From positions 41,666,001-41,730,000 of the forward strand of contig NC_045696.1 in the NCBI RefSeq assembly GCF_009834535.1: 64,000 nt of DNA, given 5' to 3'. The notes under the pieces were generated by a model. It was not told where the DNA came from, made no database searches, and saw only the letters and a program-made list of their open reading frames with translations. Each line of letters starts with the position of its first letter. Positions within the stretch are counted from its first letter, which is position 1. Shown piece after piece: positions 1-12,900 of this stretch. Origin of the DNA: Camelus ferus (Eukaryota). A program made the position numbers and the translations under genes.

Positions 1-469
1 ATCATTAAAAAGTGGATCTTAGATACATAAAATAAACTTGCCACAACTTTAAATACTTGCTTTTCTTTATTTTTGAATACTCAGTAGGACTAAGAACAGC
101 CCAAATCCATTAAGAACATCACCCCAAAAGAACAATAAAATTCCGTTTCAGACACAGTGTAAAGTGCTGATATGCTTGAAGCTAAGTCGAGCACCAACTG
201 CCTTATCATCACCACTAGCAAACATAAGACCTCCGACTGCTCTCCATCCTCCCTATAGGCCACTAGACAATGTTCTTCTTACAGCTCCCTAAAAGCATAA
301 GATAAAATAACCTATTGAACTGGGTATAGTTCGGGTCTATTAATTGACTCAGTCTTCACACGAGAACTAGATGGCACACATGTATTATCTAGATATAACC
401 TCTATAATAAATATTGTGATTATCCTAATATCACAGGTGCAGACCCCTTTTCTTCACAGGAAGTATCTA

Positions 470-790
<321 letters not shown>

Positions 791-1329
791 CTACGAAGGC
801 TCTCCCATCCAAAGTACCATGGGACAACCCCCTTCATGAATCATTGAAATACATCACTACCCATACCACAATAAAATTTCTGACTCATCCTTCATTGATG
901 AGCTTTTATCAAATTTCTCTGAAACCTAGAGGCAAATCATAAAACCCAGTGTCCTAGGTGAGCCTCTACCTGTTTTATGTAGGGAACATGTAGAAGCTTT
1001 AAAATCCACGTAATTGTAGATCTAAATTAAACAGTTTTCATGTACCATTCATTTCTACCAACCCTTTCCTTCTATAGTCCTCCTCCACTCTGCACATGAT
1101 GCTGCATGCCCTACCCGCCATGGGGAACATGAAATGGGGCGACAGAATCCAGAGAACTGGTGGAAGCTTCGGGGATGGATATAGCCCAGTAAGAGCAGCC
1201 TAAGAACTCTCAAGATTTGTGAAAGCCAATGTTAGAAAAATAAATCAGCCCTGTACCTCCTCAGGCTATTCTCAGCAATATTTTGGACTCAGTAATATCA
1301 ATTTTCATTGATAGGATGAGAGAAAATGA

Positions 1330-1502
1330 CATAGCACAGGGAACTATATTCAATTTCTTATAATAAGCTGTAATGGAAAAGAATAATATATATATGGACA
1401 TAACTGAATCGCGTTTGCTATACACATGAAACTAACATTGTAAGTCGACTACACTTCAATAAAAATAAGAATTAAAAAATCAAAGGCTTAAAAAGAAAAA
1501 AA
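1330..1502 (+). mobile_element. L1 3'-terminal fragment (cetartiodactyl type)
   Basis: atagcacagggaactatattcaa...gctatacacatgaaactaac...cttcaataaaa then A-rich tail; same motif recurs at several loci in the window. Confidence 0.75.
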
Positions 1503-1897
1503 TTAATTGGGACAAAAACTAGTCAAAAATGATGTAAGACATTGACCATGGATAGGTCTTCCGTCCTACCATGGTTCCACTGTTAGTTCTCCACTGGTGA
1601 ATGGCAAACTGTGAACTACAAACAGGCAAATGGCGAAATAAATACCACAGAGGAAATAAGTGTAAATGACCCATAAACTCATTTATATGGAAGAGCATAA
1701 GGTTTATTTAGAAGACTAAGAGGAGGTTAAAAAACAAGGAGCATAGCCCCTCAGTGTCCAGATAAATTAATCCTGCTTTCAGAATCAGTGATTTCCTTGC
1801 CACTCTGGAGAGTAAAGACATTTTGCAAAATCTGTAGCCTCAGAGTTTAGAGGATCTCTACAGCAGGTCTTTCTTGGCCCTGTGCAGGAATGGGGGG

Positions 1898-2345
1898 TGT
1901 CCTGGGGTGAATAGTGTCTTCCCAAAATTCATGTCCAACCGGAACCTCAGAACATGATCTTATTTGGAAATAGGATCTTTGTAAATGTAATCAAGTCGAG
2001 GTCATACTGGATTAGGTTGGGCCCATAGTCCAATATTTGATGTCCTTATGAGAAGAGGGAAATTCGGATACAGAGGCATAGACACATAGGAAAGAAGACC
2101 ACATAAAGACAGAAGCAGAGACCACAGTGATGCATCTATAAGCAAAGGAATGTCAAGGATTACTGGCGAACTCCAGAAGCTAGGACAAGGCAAGGAAGGA
2201 TTCTTGAGATTTTCCAGGGAGCATGACCCTGCCAACACCTTGATTTGGATTCCTGGCCTCCAAAACAATGTGAGAATAAATTTCTGTTGTTATAAACCAC
2301 CCAGTTTGTGGTCCTTTGTTATGGCAACCCTAGCAAACTAATACA
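1898..2345 (+). mobile_element. MaLR solo LTR, MLT1-type
   Basis: TG...CA termini; ccccaaaattcatgtc-like start, cttatttggaaatagg, aataaatttctgttg and gttatggcaaccctagcaaactaataca end, all typical of MLT1. Confidence 0.8.
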
Positions 2346-3769
2346 AGGGACCAATAATAAGATGCTTGTATAAGAAGAGCATACAGATGTGCTGACAGAT
2401 GGCAGTTCTACAGAAGAACTACACAGCAGGATTCCACTGTGTATTTCCCTAAGTCTTTATATCTTGATCCTCATATTCATTTTGTGACTCTGTAATCAGA
2501 AAACAATCCAATCCTGGCCTAGCAGTGAAGGATAGAAATGTATATAGGGGGTGGGAAGGATGGTCTTGCATGGTCCCCCTTTGTTGATGGACGTTAAAGA
2601 ATTTCTGAGACACTACATGTGGAAACAAATTAGGCAAGAGCCAAGTCAATCTTATCTTTAGCCAATCTTGAGATAAAATAATATTTTATTCTGAAGACTT
2701 TTAACTAAAAATATACATGTAGTAGGAAAATTCTATTTAAAAATTCTAAAACTTTGTGATCATTCTGTGGGTGTGGGTGAGTGTCTGGGGAAAGGGAAAT
2801 AGAATCTATAATAGGCAAAAAAAGATAAATGCTACTCCCTTTTGCTTCCAGACCAAAGAAGAGACCAAGGCCAATATTTTAATCATGTAAATAAAAGACT
2901 GTTGTTTTAAAGTCTCTTTCCAGTCCTTTGTGCAGGTTAAAGGTGGAGGCCCAGAACAGAGAGTCCTCTGTTTGGAAGAGTACCTTCATGACTTTATAGG
3001 AAAACAAAGGTAGACTTGGCGTTAAGCTTGGGATAGGAGACAGGGATCTAACCTATAGAATGAATTACGTTCTGGTTTTCCAGGGGCAGGCTAAGAGAGG
3101 GAGTGATGGGCCCGGGAAAATGAGAGCGGAGGAAATAGGAAGAGGGTCTGGAGAGACAGCCAGAATAGCCAGAGTAGCATGGTCGCTAGCTTTCTCCTGG
3201 AGAAAAAGTTGGCCATTAAACAAACACTTTTGAAAGGGTGGCTGAAAAATTTTTGGATATTTACCCCCTAACAGTACCATTTTAAAGCCATCTGCTGTTC
3301 TATAATAAAAACTCCTCCATCATGCTCATATTACCAGCAAATGTCTGATAGAATCAACTGCCCTGTACTAGAGGTGCTTTGGGAAAATAAAAAATGGGAC
3401 TGTGACCTGTGTAGGATTAACATAAAGAACAATTACAAGGGTGAGGACAAATGCGAGATTGGAAATTCAGCTGCAGGAGCTCAGAGCTGGAGATGATTAA
3501 GAGATAGTTAAGTTCCCTGATAATTCCTACAGATACTAGGGGTCAGAGGGCCATGGATCTAGGTTTTACACTGCAAATGGGAGAGACAAATGCCAGTTCA
3601 CTTGAATGTTAAGGAAAAAATTGATCCTATAAACCTGGATGACTTGGCATCCAGCTGACATGTGAGTTACATGCGAAATTGAGGTAAACACATTTATTCA
3701 CGTAATTCCCTTTAAAAAGAAGTGGACTGACTTTTGCAAAAGTTTTATAAATCTTCACTGCTTGCATTT

Positions 3770-3960
3770 CCATGGCTAGTCAAATGCTTTTATATACGTT
3801 ATTTGTTTAATCCTTAGAACAGCCCCATGAAATACATATGCCAGGTCATTCTATTCCCATTTAATATATGAGGGAGTAAGGCTCAGAGATAAAACAGCTC
3901 ATCCAGGATCACACAAATGATAAATGGCAGAGCAGAGGCATGAAACCAGGTCTTCTAAAT
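3770..3960. mobile_element. MIR relic
   Basis: attcccatttaatatatgagggagtaaggctcagag...ccaggatcacaca...aaatggcagagc resembles MIR core; boundaries approximate. Confidence 0.55.
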
Positions 3961-4319
3961 TATAATTAATTCCTTCTTCCGCTGCACCACATGGCAAAGA
4001 ATACGCAAACATCCTTAAAGAACTCAAGTGGCAAGAGATCTGGATGTTGGGGGATTAGCTAAATCATTTTCTTCACTTTCAACGAATAATGGTCCTTCAA
4101 GGATTTCAAAGGAAAGAATGTTTGCTTCTTTCCCAGTTAAAGAATAGGGCTGTCTTCCAAACCAGTTTGAGAGTAAAAGGCACTGGAGAAATACAAATCC
4201 AGACATTCTACCTTACTCCTATTCAAAACCACTGTCTTCTGGTATGTAGAAGGTAAAAAAGAACAGTCTGAGTATCCAACAGTATTCTCTGCATCCAAGT
4301 CTTCCAAATAAAAACAACA

Positions 4320-4900
4320 GTTTGTTTCATTCAGTCACAGTATTTCTGAGTGCCTTCTGTATGCAAGACACTACGCTAGGTTTTGGCTACAAAGTGGTTA
4401 ATAAAAACAGACACAGTCTCAGTCCTTGTGGACAGTGCAACTGGGGGAAATAGCTATGAAGCAACTACGTGCATAAATTAGCATTATCCTAATAGTTATA
4501 AACATTACAGAGGGAAAAGAACCAATCTTGACTATGGATGAGTCAGTGAACGTCTTGAGGAAGAGACATTTGAATTGAGGCATGAAGGATAAGCGAAAGT
4601 CAGCCAGGAGGAAAAAGAGTTTCAGGCAAAGAAGACAGTACGTGCAAAGGCTTTACGTGGGTTTAGTTGGAAGCTAGGGAGATACGGAAAACAAGAGGTC
4701 GCTCTTAGACATCTTAAGCTTGATATGCACAGGACATCTCCAAGTTGAGATCATCAAGTACATAGGAAGATACTGATTCTGGAGCTCAGAAGGTAAGTCT
4801 GATCTGCACATAAAAATGTAGAGAGTTACTGACATTTACATTCGACTTACAATAATGGAAATAGATAAAAACAACTTAGGAAAATAACACAGAAAGGAAG
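4320..4900 (-). mobile_element. L2 3' relic
   Basis: ttcattcagtcacagtatttctgagtgccttctgtatgcaagacact...gacatttgaattgagg...tgcaaaggc pattern; approximate. Confidence 0.5.
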
Positions 4901-5247
4901 AGAGCCCAAATCAACTGGCTTGGCCACACAGAGATGTAGCAACAACAGATCCTATGGATAAGTAAAAGAGAGCCAGGTAGAGCAGGTGAAAAAGGAATGG
5001 AAAGTAAACAAGAAAAAGAAACAAGTAACAACCCATTTGAAAAGAGAATGATATTGATGTCCTTGGTAGAGTTATTTCACTAATTACCAAGATGTGGAAA
5101 ATTTTCCTGACATGGTACTCTTTTACCTGTAAGTATTAAATTCACCTTGACTCAGTGTAGAAGAAAATACACAAGAATAATAACTAGATTCCACTAAGAA
5201 ACCACCAGTATTCAATTTTCAATATCACCGATATTCAATATCATTAC

Positions 5248-5467
5248 CTGATTCCACATCAAGGGAGTACTTGTCAATAGCCAAGTTCATGGTTTGGTAG
5301 GCAGTGGTGCAAAAGTCTTCCAGAATCACGTATACAGCATTGGTGACATTGGGAAGGACAAACTTGGCGAACTTCATTCGGCTGTTTACCACAATACTAC
5401 CATTTCGGAAGTTCAGGATTTCTAAATTCTGGAACCCAGTGAGATTTGACTGGAGATAGGGAACCAA
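5248..5467 (-). CDS. IMPG2: IMPG2 coding exon 14 (second SEA domain, FRNGSIVV motif)
   Basis: 220 nt, AG 5468-5469, GT 5246-5247; [33 protein letters not shown]...DKYSLDVES. Confidence 0.96.
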
Positions 5468-6087
5468 CTACAAGACATGAAAAGTGGTCAGTTTATTGAC
5501 AAGGTTTTGCATTTTTTTCAATACCTACCATAAACAAATAAACAAGGATGAACCCCTCTACTTTTCTAAATTGTATTCTATATATATTATTTAAATTGTT
5601 CACCCAGAAAACTATGGATGGTGAGTTGTTTGAGAGTCATCAGATTTTCAATGCCATTTAGGAAACCCACGGAAATTCTGGACAGTTTTAGACACCAGTG
5701 AGTTTATTCTCTCTGTTTTACCTAAGGGTTGCAACAGTGCAGGCATTATAGGCGTTATATTGTGAGATCCACAAAACATAGGTTTCACAATAAAATGTGA
5801 AAAGAAATCTTAAACTTGTTTCAGTCCCAGAAATCACAGAATACAATCTCCAGTATCTAAATTGTCACATCACCCTCATGCCACATTTGTGTTTTCCATT
5901 TCTTGTATCCACCTGTCTTATTGTTTTGCTACCAACCCTTAGCTATTACACTATTCATACGATGATAGGAAATGAAAATCCACAGCAGACCACACTCCCC
6001 TTGACTCAGATCTTACATGCTGAGGGAAAGAGGAGTGGTTCATACACAATTATTCACTAACGCCCATGTCTCACTTCTTATGCTTAC

Positions 6088-7391
6088 CAGTTCTAAGAAC
6101 CTTTGCTCCAGCGCTTTATACTCCAAAGAGTTTTTATTAAACAGATCTTCTGAGAACATCATGTTAGTCACTCTGAGGCTGAAGAATACCACCAAAGGTC
6201 CTGTGGTTTGGGTATAAATCAAGTCATCGCTTTTTGTGGCCTGAGCCACAATAGCCGACTCTGTGGAGTGAATATCTGCAGACATTTCCACATAACTACC
6301 AACCTTGCCATTTTCCTCTGGGATTAGCTCAGGCTGATAGTAATCTGTGCCTATCTGGTCCAGTTCCAGTGAAATATCCTGTACGCCCATAATTACTTCA
6401 TCCTCCAGCAGGGTGGAGCTTGTGGTTGGAGGCAATCTGGTAGATTGTGTCATAGAAGCTTTCAACCAGAGCTTGTCAGTACTCTGCGGCGTACTTGCCA
6501 GTGTGTCTCTGGACAATTTCCCTAGGGAAGAAGTTCTTGCCCAGACTACATCTGATTCTGGCAATATGGTCCACAAAGGTTGCACATCTGGCTTCCCTGC
6601 TGAAGTTTTGCTGTCAAACCAGTCCTGGCTGGATGACTCTGTACTTTGTTCCATGTCCTCCTTTAGAACAGGTTCTACCTGATCTGGTTTATCAGGAGAA
6701 GCAGAGATTGCTATAGATGTCAGCAGAGGAGGTGATTTGGTAACTGAGTAATAATCAATGTCAGGTACCTCTGATGTGTGCTTGGATAGAATTAGAGATG
6801 CAGATTGAGTTGTGATCTCTGCAAAGATGGGCACAGTAGGTCCACCAAGGGGCTCTTCCTCTGCAAAGTTTGTGGATCTATCAAAATACCCATATTTTGA
6901 ATGCTCAATACTTTGATCTGTGGCATCTTTTTTGTCATCTATAACTAGTTTCTCACCTACATCCTCAGTTGACAAAAGGGAATCCTCTGAATCTTCAGCT
7001 TCAAGCCATGACTCAGACAATGATTCCGTGCTCTTCTCTAATGAAGTCTCACTCCATGGCCAAGTAATCAGACTCACCTTTTGCCCAGACCCTGAACCTA
7101 AACCACTCTCAAATATGAACTCTTTTTCCATAGGTATGTGTGGCACCCAAGAGCTCATTTCTAATTGGCCTTTGACTTTGGAGGTCAAAGACTCCAAGCC
7201 AAAAGGCATAGTTATTTCTTTAGCAAGAAGATCTAATGTGACAGAGGAGACTGGATATGGTGAGGGTGTCAAAGACACCCCAGAGTCTTCCATGGATGGT
7301 ATTGTTTCTTGTGGCACTGAATGAGTGAATGAACTTGAAGGCAATGGATCAATAGAAAGAAAATCTTCTGATCCTTCAACTTTAGTTAATC
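6088..7391 (-). CDS. IMPG2: IMPG2 coding exon 13 (large Ser/Thr/acidic mucin-like region with [11 protein letters not shown] site, start of SEA2)
   Basis: 1304 nt open frame, AG 7392-7393, GT 6086-6087; [22 protein letters not shown]...[36 protein letters not shown]. Confidence 0.96.
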
Positions 7392-8391
7392 CTAAAAATA
7401 GAGTTTTCCATTAATTAATTCACAAAGATGCCAAAATACATTCCAAGTCTTACTAATGAAACCAACCACCTGTTTTTTCCCACTAGATTACAAAGGACAG
7501 TTGCCAACTTTTGCTTTGCTATATCCAGTAAACAACAAGAAGGCATGATTATATTTTTGTGATGTGGTACAATCATTCATGATTATAACTCCCTTCCCTG
7601 AGGATAACAAGACATCAGGCTTTGAAATAATTAATCTTCAACACGATTTTTTTTTTATTCCATGAAAATCAAGAAATGCTGGTAGCCATATTGACACAAA
7701 GACTGAATCTAGTAAAAACCCAGGAAGAAAATTCCCTAGGAAATTTTGTTGGTCTCTGAATTCTCAGTTTCTTGCTGTTTATTGTCCATCATCCTTCAGG
7801 TTCACCCAATGTTCAAACTCCTGGACTCACTATTTATATCTTTGTTCATCTTCCTCTTTCACGTGTATACTCCATCCCTGAGTCACATTGATTGTCCCTT
7901 TCCTCCATATCAGCTAAATCATCTGCTTGACTTCCGTAATCTCTGCTGTAGCTGCTCTAGTTTAGATTCTTCCCTTCTCAAGCCTAATGCCAGCGAAAAA
8001 TCTCTATGTACTTGCCCCCAGTTAATCCTATTAAAAGATAATGGAATAATCTTCTTTGAGGCTGTTTGTTTACCACTCAAATATTCAAGTAAGTAAAGCA
8101 GTTCTTAAATAGTAATATAATTAAGTGATACATTCTTTAATAGGACCTTCAAAATATCTATCTGATGAAATCACTTCAGCCCACAAGTTCATTTCTTATT
8201 ATTTACCTATTTGGACTCTCCGTTCCAACCAAGTAAAGCTGACTGTTCCCTTTCTCACACAACATTCCCAAGGCTGTGTCCTCCTAATGAATGTTATCAT
8301 GCTTTCTAACTGACTCCAGTCTCCTGCTCTCTTCAAAACTCTTCTCATCTGATACAATAAGGAAGTATGAAAAGTGATTAAAATTCTTTAC

Positions 8392-8695
8392 CATCTTCTA
8401 ATGGGTGAAATCCGGAAGTCCTTTCTTCAGAAGCCATCGGCAAGCCAGTGTGAAGCACTGCTGGGGTGACAGAATGAAGAGTCAAGCTGCTAACGTCTAA
8501 AACCTCTGGGGAAGAACTGAGGCTCACCTTCGAGGGAAAGGCTAATTTGGGTGTAGACACTAAATCACCCAAAGGGCTTTCTGACCAGAGTTCCCTGCCA
8601 GTGGCTGAAGGAGGACCAGAGCTGAAATCAAGTGGTGAAATACTGCTCGTGGTGGATTCATCTGCTGAGGGCCATTCAGCTTGAGGGGTATTATC
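8392..8695 (-). CDS. IMPG2: IMPG2 coding exon 12
   Basis: 304 nt, AG 8696-8697, GT 8390-8391; [40 protein letters not shown]...HPLED. Confidence 0.95.
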
Positions 8696-9604
8696 CTGGA
8701 GGGGCAAAAAGAGGCTGAATCATATCACAGATAAAAGAAACACATAAAAATAATTTCAAACACCACCTATCTATCTACATTCCCAGATTTTCTAGGGACA
8801 AAAGGCAATGTAATATTGGGGAAGGAGAGGGAGATAGGGCTCTAGAACCAAACAGATCTAGAATTAAATCCCAATTCAACCACTTACTAGTTGGAAAATC
8901 TAGAGAAAAATCATGTATCTCTTGAATCTTACCTGGAAAGTAAGAATAGATGAGATAACATATTCAAAAGACCAAAAAAAAAAAAAAGTGAGTTTATGGG
9001 AGAAGATGCTGTTTCTCTTGCTTTAGATAGTTCTCTTCCCTCTATCTTATTAGCTTAAATACTTCAAACACACAGAAGTTACTAATATCTATTATTTGTT
9101 GTCAAGGACCTAAGCACATTGCCCACAACAGGAAGAACAATTCGTGATTGTATTCATCATTCTGAAAGATAATGATTTGATCAAGGTCTTTTATTTTGAT
9201 AAGAAATGGCACCACATCAAAATGTGGTCTCATTACCTCAAACAAATAGCAACATCTGTGAATTGTATCACACTTACAAAATACAATTTTCTTTTTCCAG
9301 TGACTTTTTAATAACATAGTACTAGTCATATCTTAAAATGTAGCTTCAGGAATAGAAAAGTAGACAGAAACACTATCCTTGAACATGCTAATTCTTTAAT
9401 CCTACAATGAGATTAGTCTGTGTTAAAAAGTTTAGTGATGACAGTTAATAGGTAAAACTGGCCATGACATGGACAGGAGTTTATATATTCCAATCTATGT
9501 TGAATAACAAAAAATAAGAAGTGTCATATGCAAAGAAGGAATTCATAAAATATTTCTAAAAACTGAAAAAGGGAAATACGAAAGAGCAATCATTCTCTAA
9601 TCTA

Positions 9605-9730
9605 AGTAGCATTAAAATCACATGCAAGCTTTTTAACAACACCAATGCCCGGGCCCCACACCCCAGAGATTCTAACTTAACTGGTCTGAGGGTAGAACCT
9701 AGATATGGTACTTACAAAAACTCCTCAGTA
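9605..9730. mobile_element. MER5-like hAT MITE relic
   Basis: gcattaaaatcacatg...atgcccgggccccacaccccagagattctaacttaactggtctgaggg matches remembered MER5 consensus. Confidence 0.6.
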
Positions 9731-9949
9731 GAGGATACATTCTAATCTAGAAAATAAAGAGGGAAATGATGAAAAGTGGATAGTACAATACTAGTAAATA
9801 TTTTTGGTAATGTGGCTTTGGTCAAAAAAAGGAATAGAAGTAAAACACATCTGAGCACCCCCACACACACCTCTTCCACCTCACAGTTAGCTCCTTGTGC
9901 ACACTCCCTTTGGCAAAGACAGGGAACTTTGACAGACAATTAGTGAGCA

Positions 9950-12900
9950 GGCACAGAAAGCTGGCCTGAATCTATAGGCCAGAGAGAGACTACAACTTGA
10001 GCTTCTGTATTGTCCTTGGAATAGCCAAAAGATAGCTGTCTGGTGCATTGCAGGATCAAGAGAAGGCATATAAGCTTAGGACTTTGCCACTTGAGGCAGC
10101 AAGAAGTGTGAAAAACGTGTGTCAAGAGGAGGCTGAGAAAAACTCAGAATCCCAGCAGGGCTGATGGAAGATATTTCTCTCCTAAAGTCAGTCAGTAAAG
10201 ATTGGAGGAAATGACTTCTACTTCAAATGTGAATACAACAAAAGACTTTAAGGAACATGAAATGTCAAAGAACATGATATCATCAAAGGATCACAATAAT
10301 CTTCCAGTAACTGACCCCAAAGACATGAAGGTCTACAATTTACCTGGCAAAGTCAAAATAGCTGTTTTAAGGAAGATCAATGAGCTACAATAAAAAACCA
10401 GAAAGACAGTTCAATGAAATCAGAAATCAAAACATAAACAAAATAAGAAATTTAACAAAGAGATAGAAATCACACACATACACACACAGAAAGAGCCAAA
10501 CAAAAATCCTGGAGCTGAAGAATACAATAAATGAAATGGAGAATGCAAAAGAGAGCATAAACAATGGGATATATCGAGCAGAAGAAAGAATCTGTGAAGT
10601 AGAAGACAGGACTGCTGACAGTTGTCTGGTCAGAAGAGAATAAAAAAGAATGAAGAAAGCATGAACTATGGGATACCATCAAAAGAAACAATCTGTGAAT
10701 CAGTGGTGTTCCAGAAGGAGAAGAGAAGGAGGAGGGAGTAGAAAGCTAATTTAAAGAAATAATGACTGAGAACTTTCCAAATCTGAAGAGAGAGATTTAG
10801 CTTTGGGGCTTTTTTTTTTTTTTTTAATTTTGTTTTGTTTTTCTTCCTTGGTTAAGTTTATTCCTAGGTTTAGGGAGAGATTTGACCATCCAAGTTCACA
10901 AAGCTCATTGGACCCCAAGCAAATTCAACTTCAAAAGATCTTCTCCAAGACATATTATAATAAAACTGTCAAAATTAAATACAAAGAGAGAATCTTAAAA
11001 GCACCAAGAGAAAAGAAGTTTGTAACTTACATCAAGGGAACCCACATCATGCTATCAGTGGATTTCTCAGCAGGAACCTAACAGGCCAGGAGAGAGAGGG
11101 ATGATAGATTCAAAGTGCTGAAAGAAAAAAACCTGCCAACCAAGAATACTTTATCCAGCAAAGCTGTCCTTCAGAAATGAAGGCAAGATAAAAATCTTCT
11201 CTGACAAAATCTGAGGTATTTCATCACCACTAGACCAGCCTTACAAGAAATATTAAAAGTTCTTCAAACCAAAATGAAAGGACACTAATTTGTACCATGA
11301 AAACATATGAAAATATGTAACACACTGCTAAAGGTAAGTATATATTCAAATACTGTAATATTATGTGTAATATTGTGTGTTAACCACTTAATTCTAGTAA
11401 AAAGGTTAAAACAAAAGTATTAAAAATAACTATAGCTCACAATAATTTGTTAATGAACATACAATAAAAAAGAGGTCAATTGTGACATCAAAAACATAAA
11501 AGAGAAGGAGTAAAAGGGTAAACTTTTCATTTGCCATCAAAGTTATGTAGTGAGCATAAAATAGACTGTTACGTGTATAATACATGTAAGTCTGATGGTA
11601 GCCACAAAGACAAAACCTACAGTAGATACACAAAAGGTAAAGAGAAGGGAAGCAAGTAGAGCTCCAAGACTGAATCATGAAGCAACAGAAAAGCTAAACA
11701 GACCTCAGTAATCAGAACCTCCCTACAATGAAAAGCCATGACCAGAAGGTTTTACTGATGAATTCTTCCAAACATTTGAGGAAGAATTAATGCTAATCTT
11801 TCTCAAACTCTGCCAAGAAACTGAAGAGGAGGGAACACTCTCAACTCATTTTAAGAGGCCAGCATTACCTAATACCAACAGCGGACAAGAATACTACAAG
11901 AAAACTATAGATATCCCTGATGAAAATACATACAAAATTTTCCAACAAAATATTAGCAAACTGAATTTAACAGCACATTAGAAGGATTATATACCATGAT
12001 CAAATGGGATTTACCTCTGCAAGGATAGTTCAACATAAACAAATCAATAAATGTGATGCACCATATCAAAAGAATGAAGGGTAAAAACTATGCAATCATC
12101 TCAATAGATGCAGAAGCATTTGACAAAATACAATACCCTTTCATGATAAAAAAAAAAAAACTCTTAACAAACTGGATATAGAGGGAATGTACCTCAATAA
12201 AACAAAGGTCAGATATGACAAGTCCATAGCTAACCTCATACTCAACAGTGAAGAGTTAAAAACTTTTCCTCTATGATCAGGAACAAGAACAGGGTGCCTG
12301 CTCTTACCACTCCTATTCAGCATAGTACTAAAAGTCCTGGTCAGAGCAGTTAGGCAAGAAAAGGAAACAAAAGGCACCAAAATGGGAAAAGAAGAAGTAA
12401 AGTTGTCACTATTTGTAGACGACATAATCTTATATATAAAAAACTCAAAAGACTGGAACAAAAAAAATATTGTAACTAATCTAAAACAAGTTCAGTAAAG
12501 CTGCAGGATACAAAATCAATATACAAAAGTCAGTTGTGTTTCTATACACTAATAGCAAACTATCTGAAAGAGAAATTATAAAAACAATCCCATTTACAAG
12601 TTCAACAAAAAGAGTAATATACCTAGGAATAAATTTAACCAAGGAGGTAAAAACTCTATTCACTGAAAACTATAAGACAGTGATGAAAGAAATAAAAAGA
12701 GATACAAATAAATGGAAAGATATTCCATGCTCAAGGATTGCAAGAATTAATATTGTTAAAATGTCAAAAGCAATCTATAGATTCAATGCAATCCCTATCA
12801 ACATTCCAATGGCATTTCTCACAGAAACAGAATAAACAATACTAAAATCTGTATGGATCCACAAAAGACCCCAAATAGCCAAAGCAATCCTGAGACAGAA

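Noticed and set aside
2002..2341. Overlapping ORFs on both strands
   Set aside because: Lie within an MLT1-type LTR; chance frames
2893..2976. Two short imperfect hairpins
   Set aside because: Stems too short for a pre-miRNA or MITE; expected by chance
6347..7324. Plus-strand ORFs 6347-6682, 6495-6716 and 6920-7324
   Set aside because: Antisense shadows of IMPG2 exon 13; no independent coding evidence
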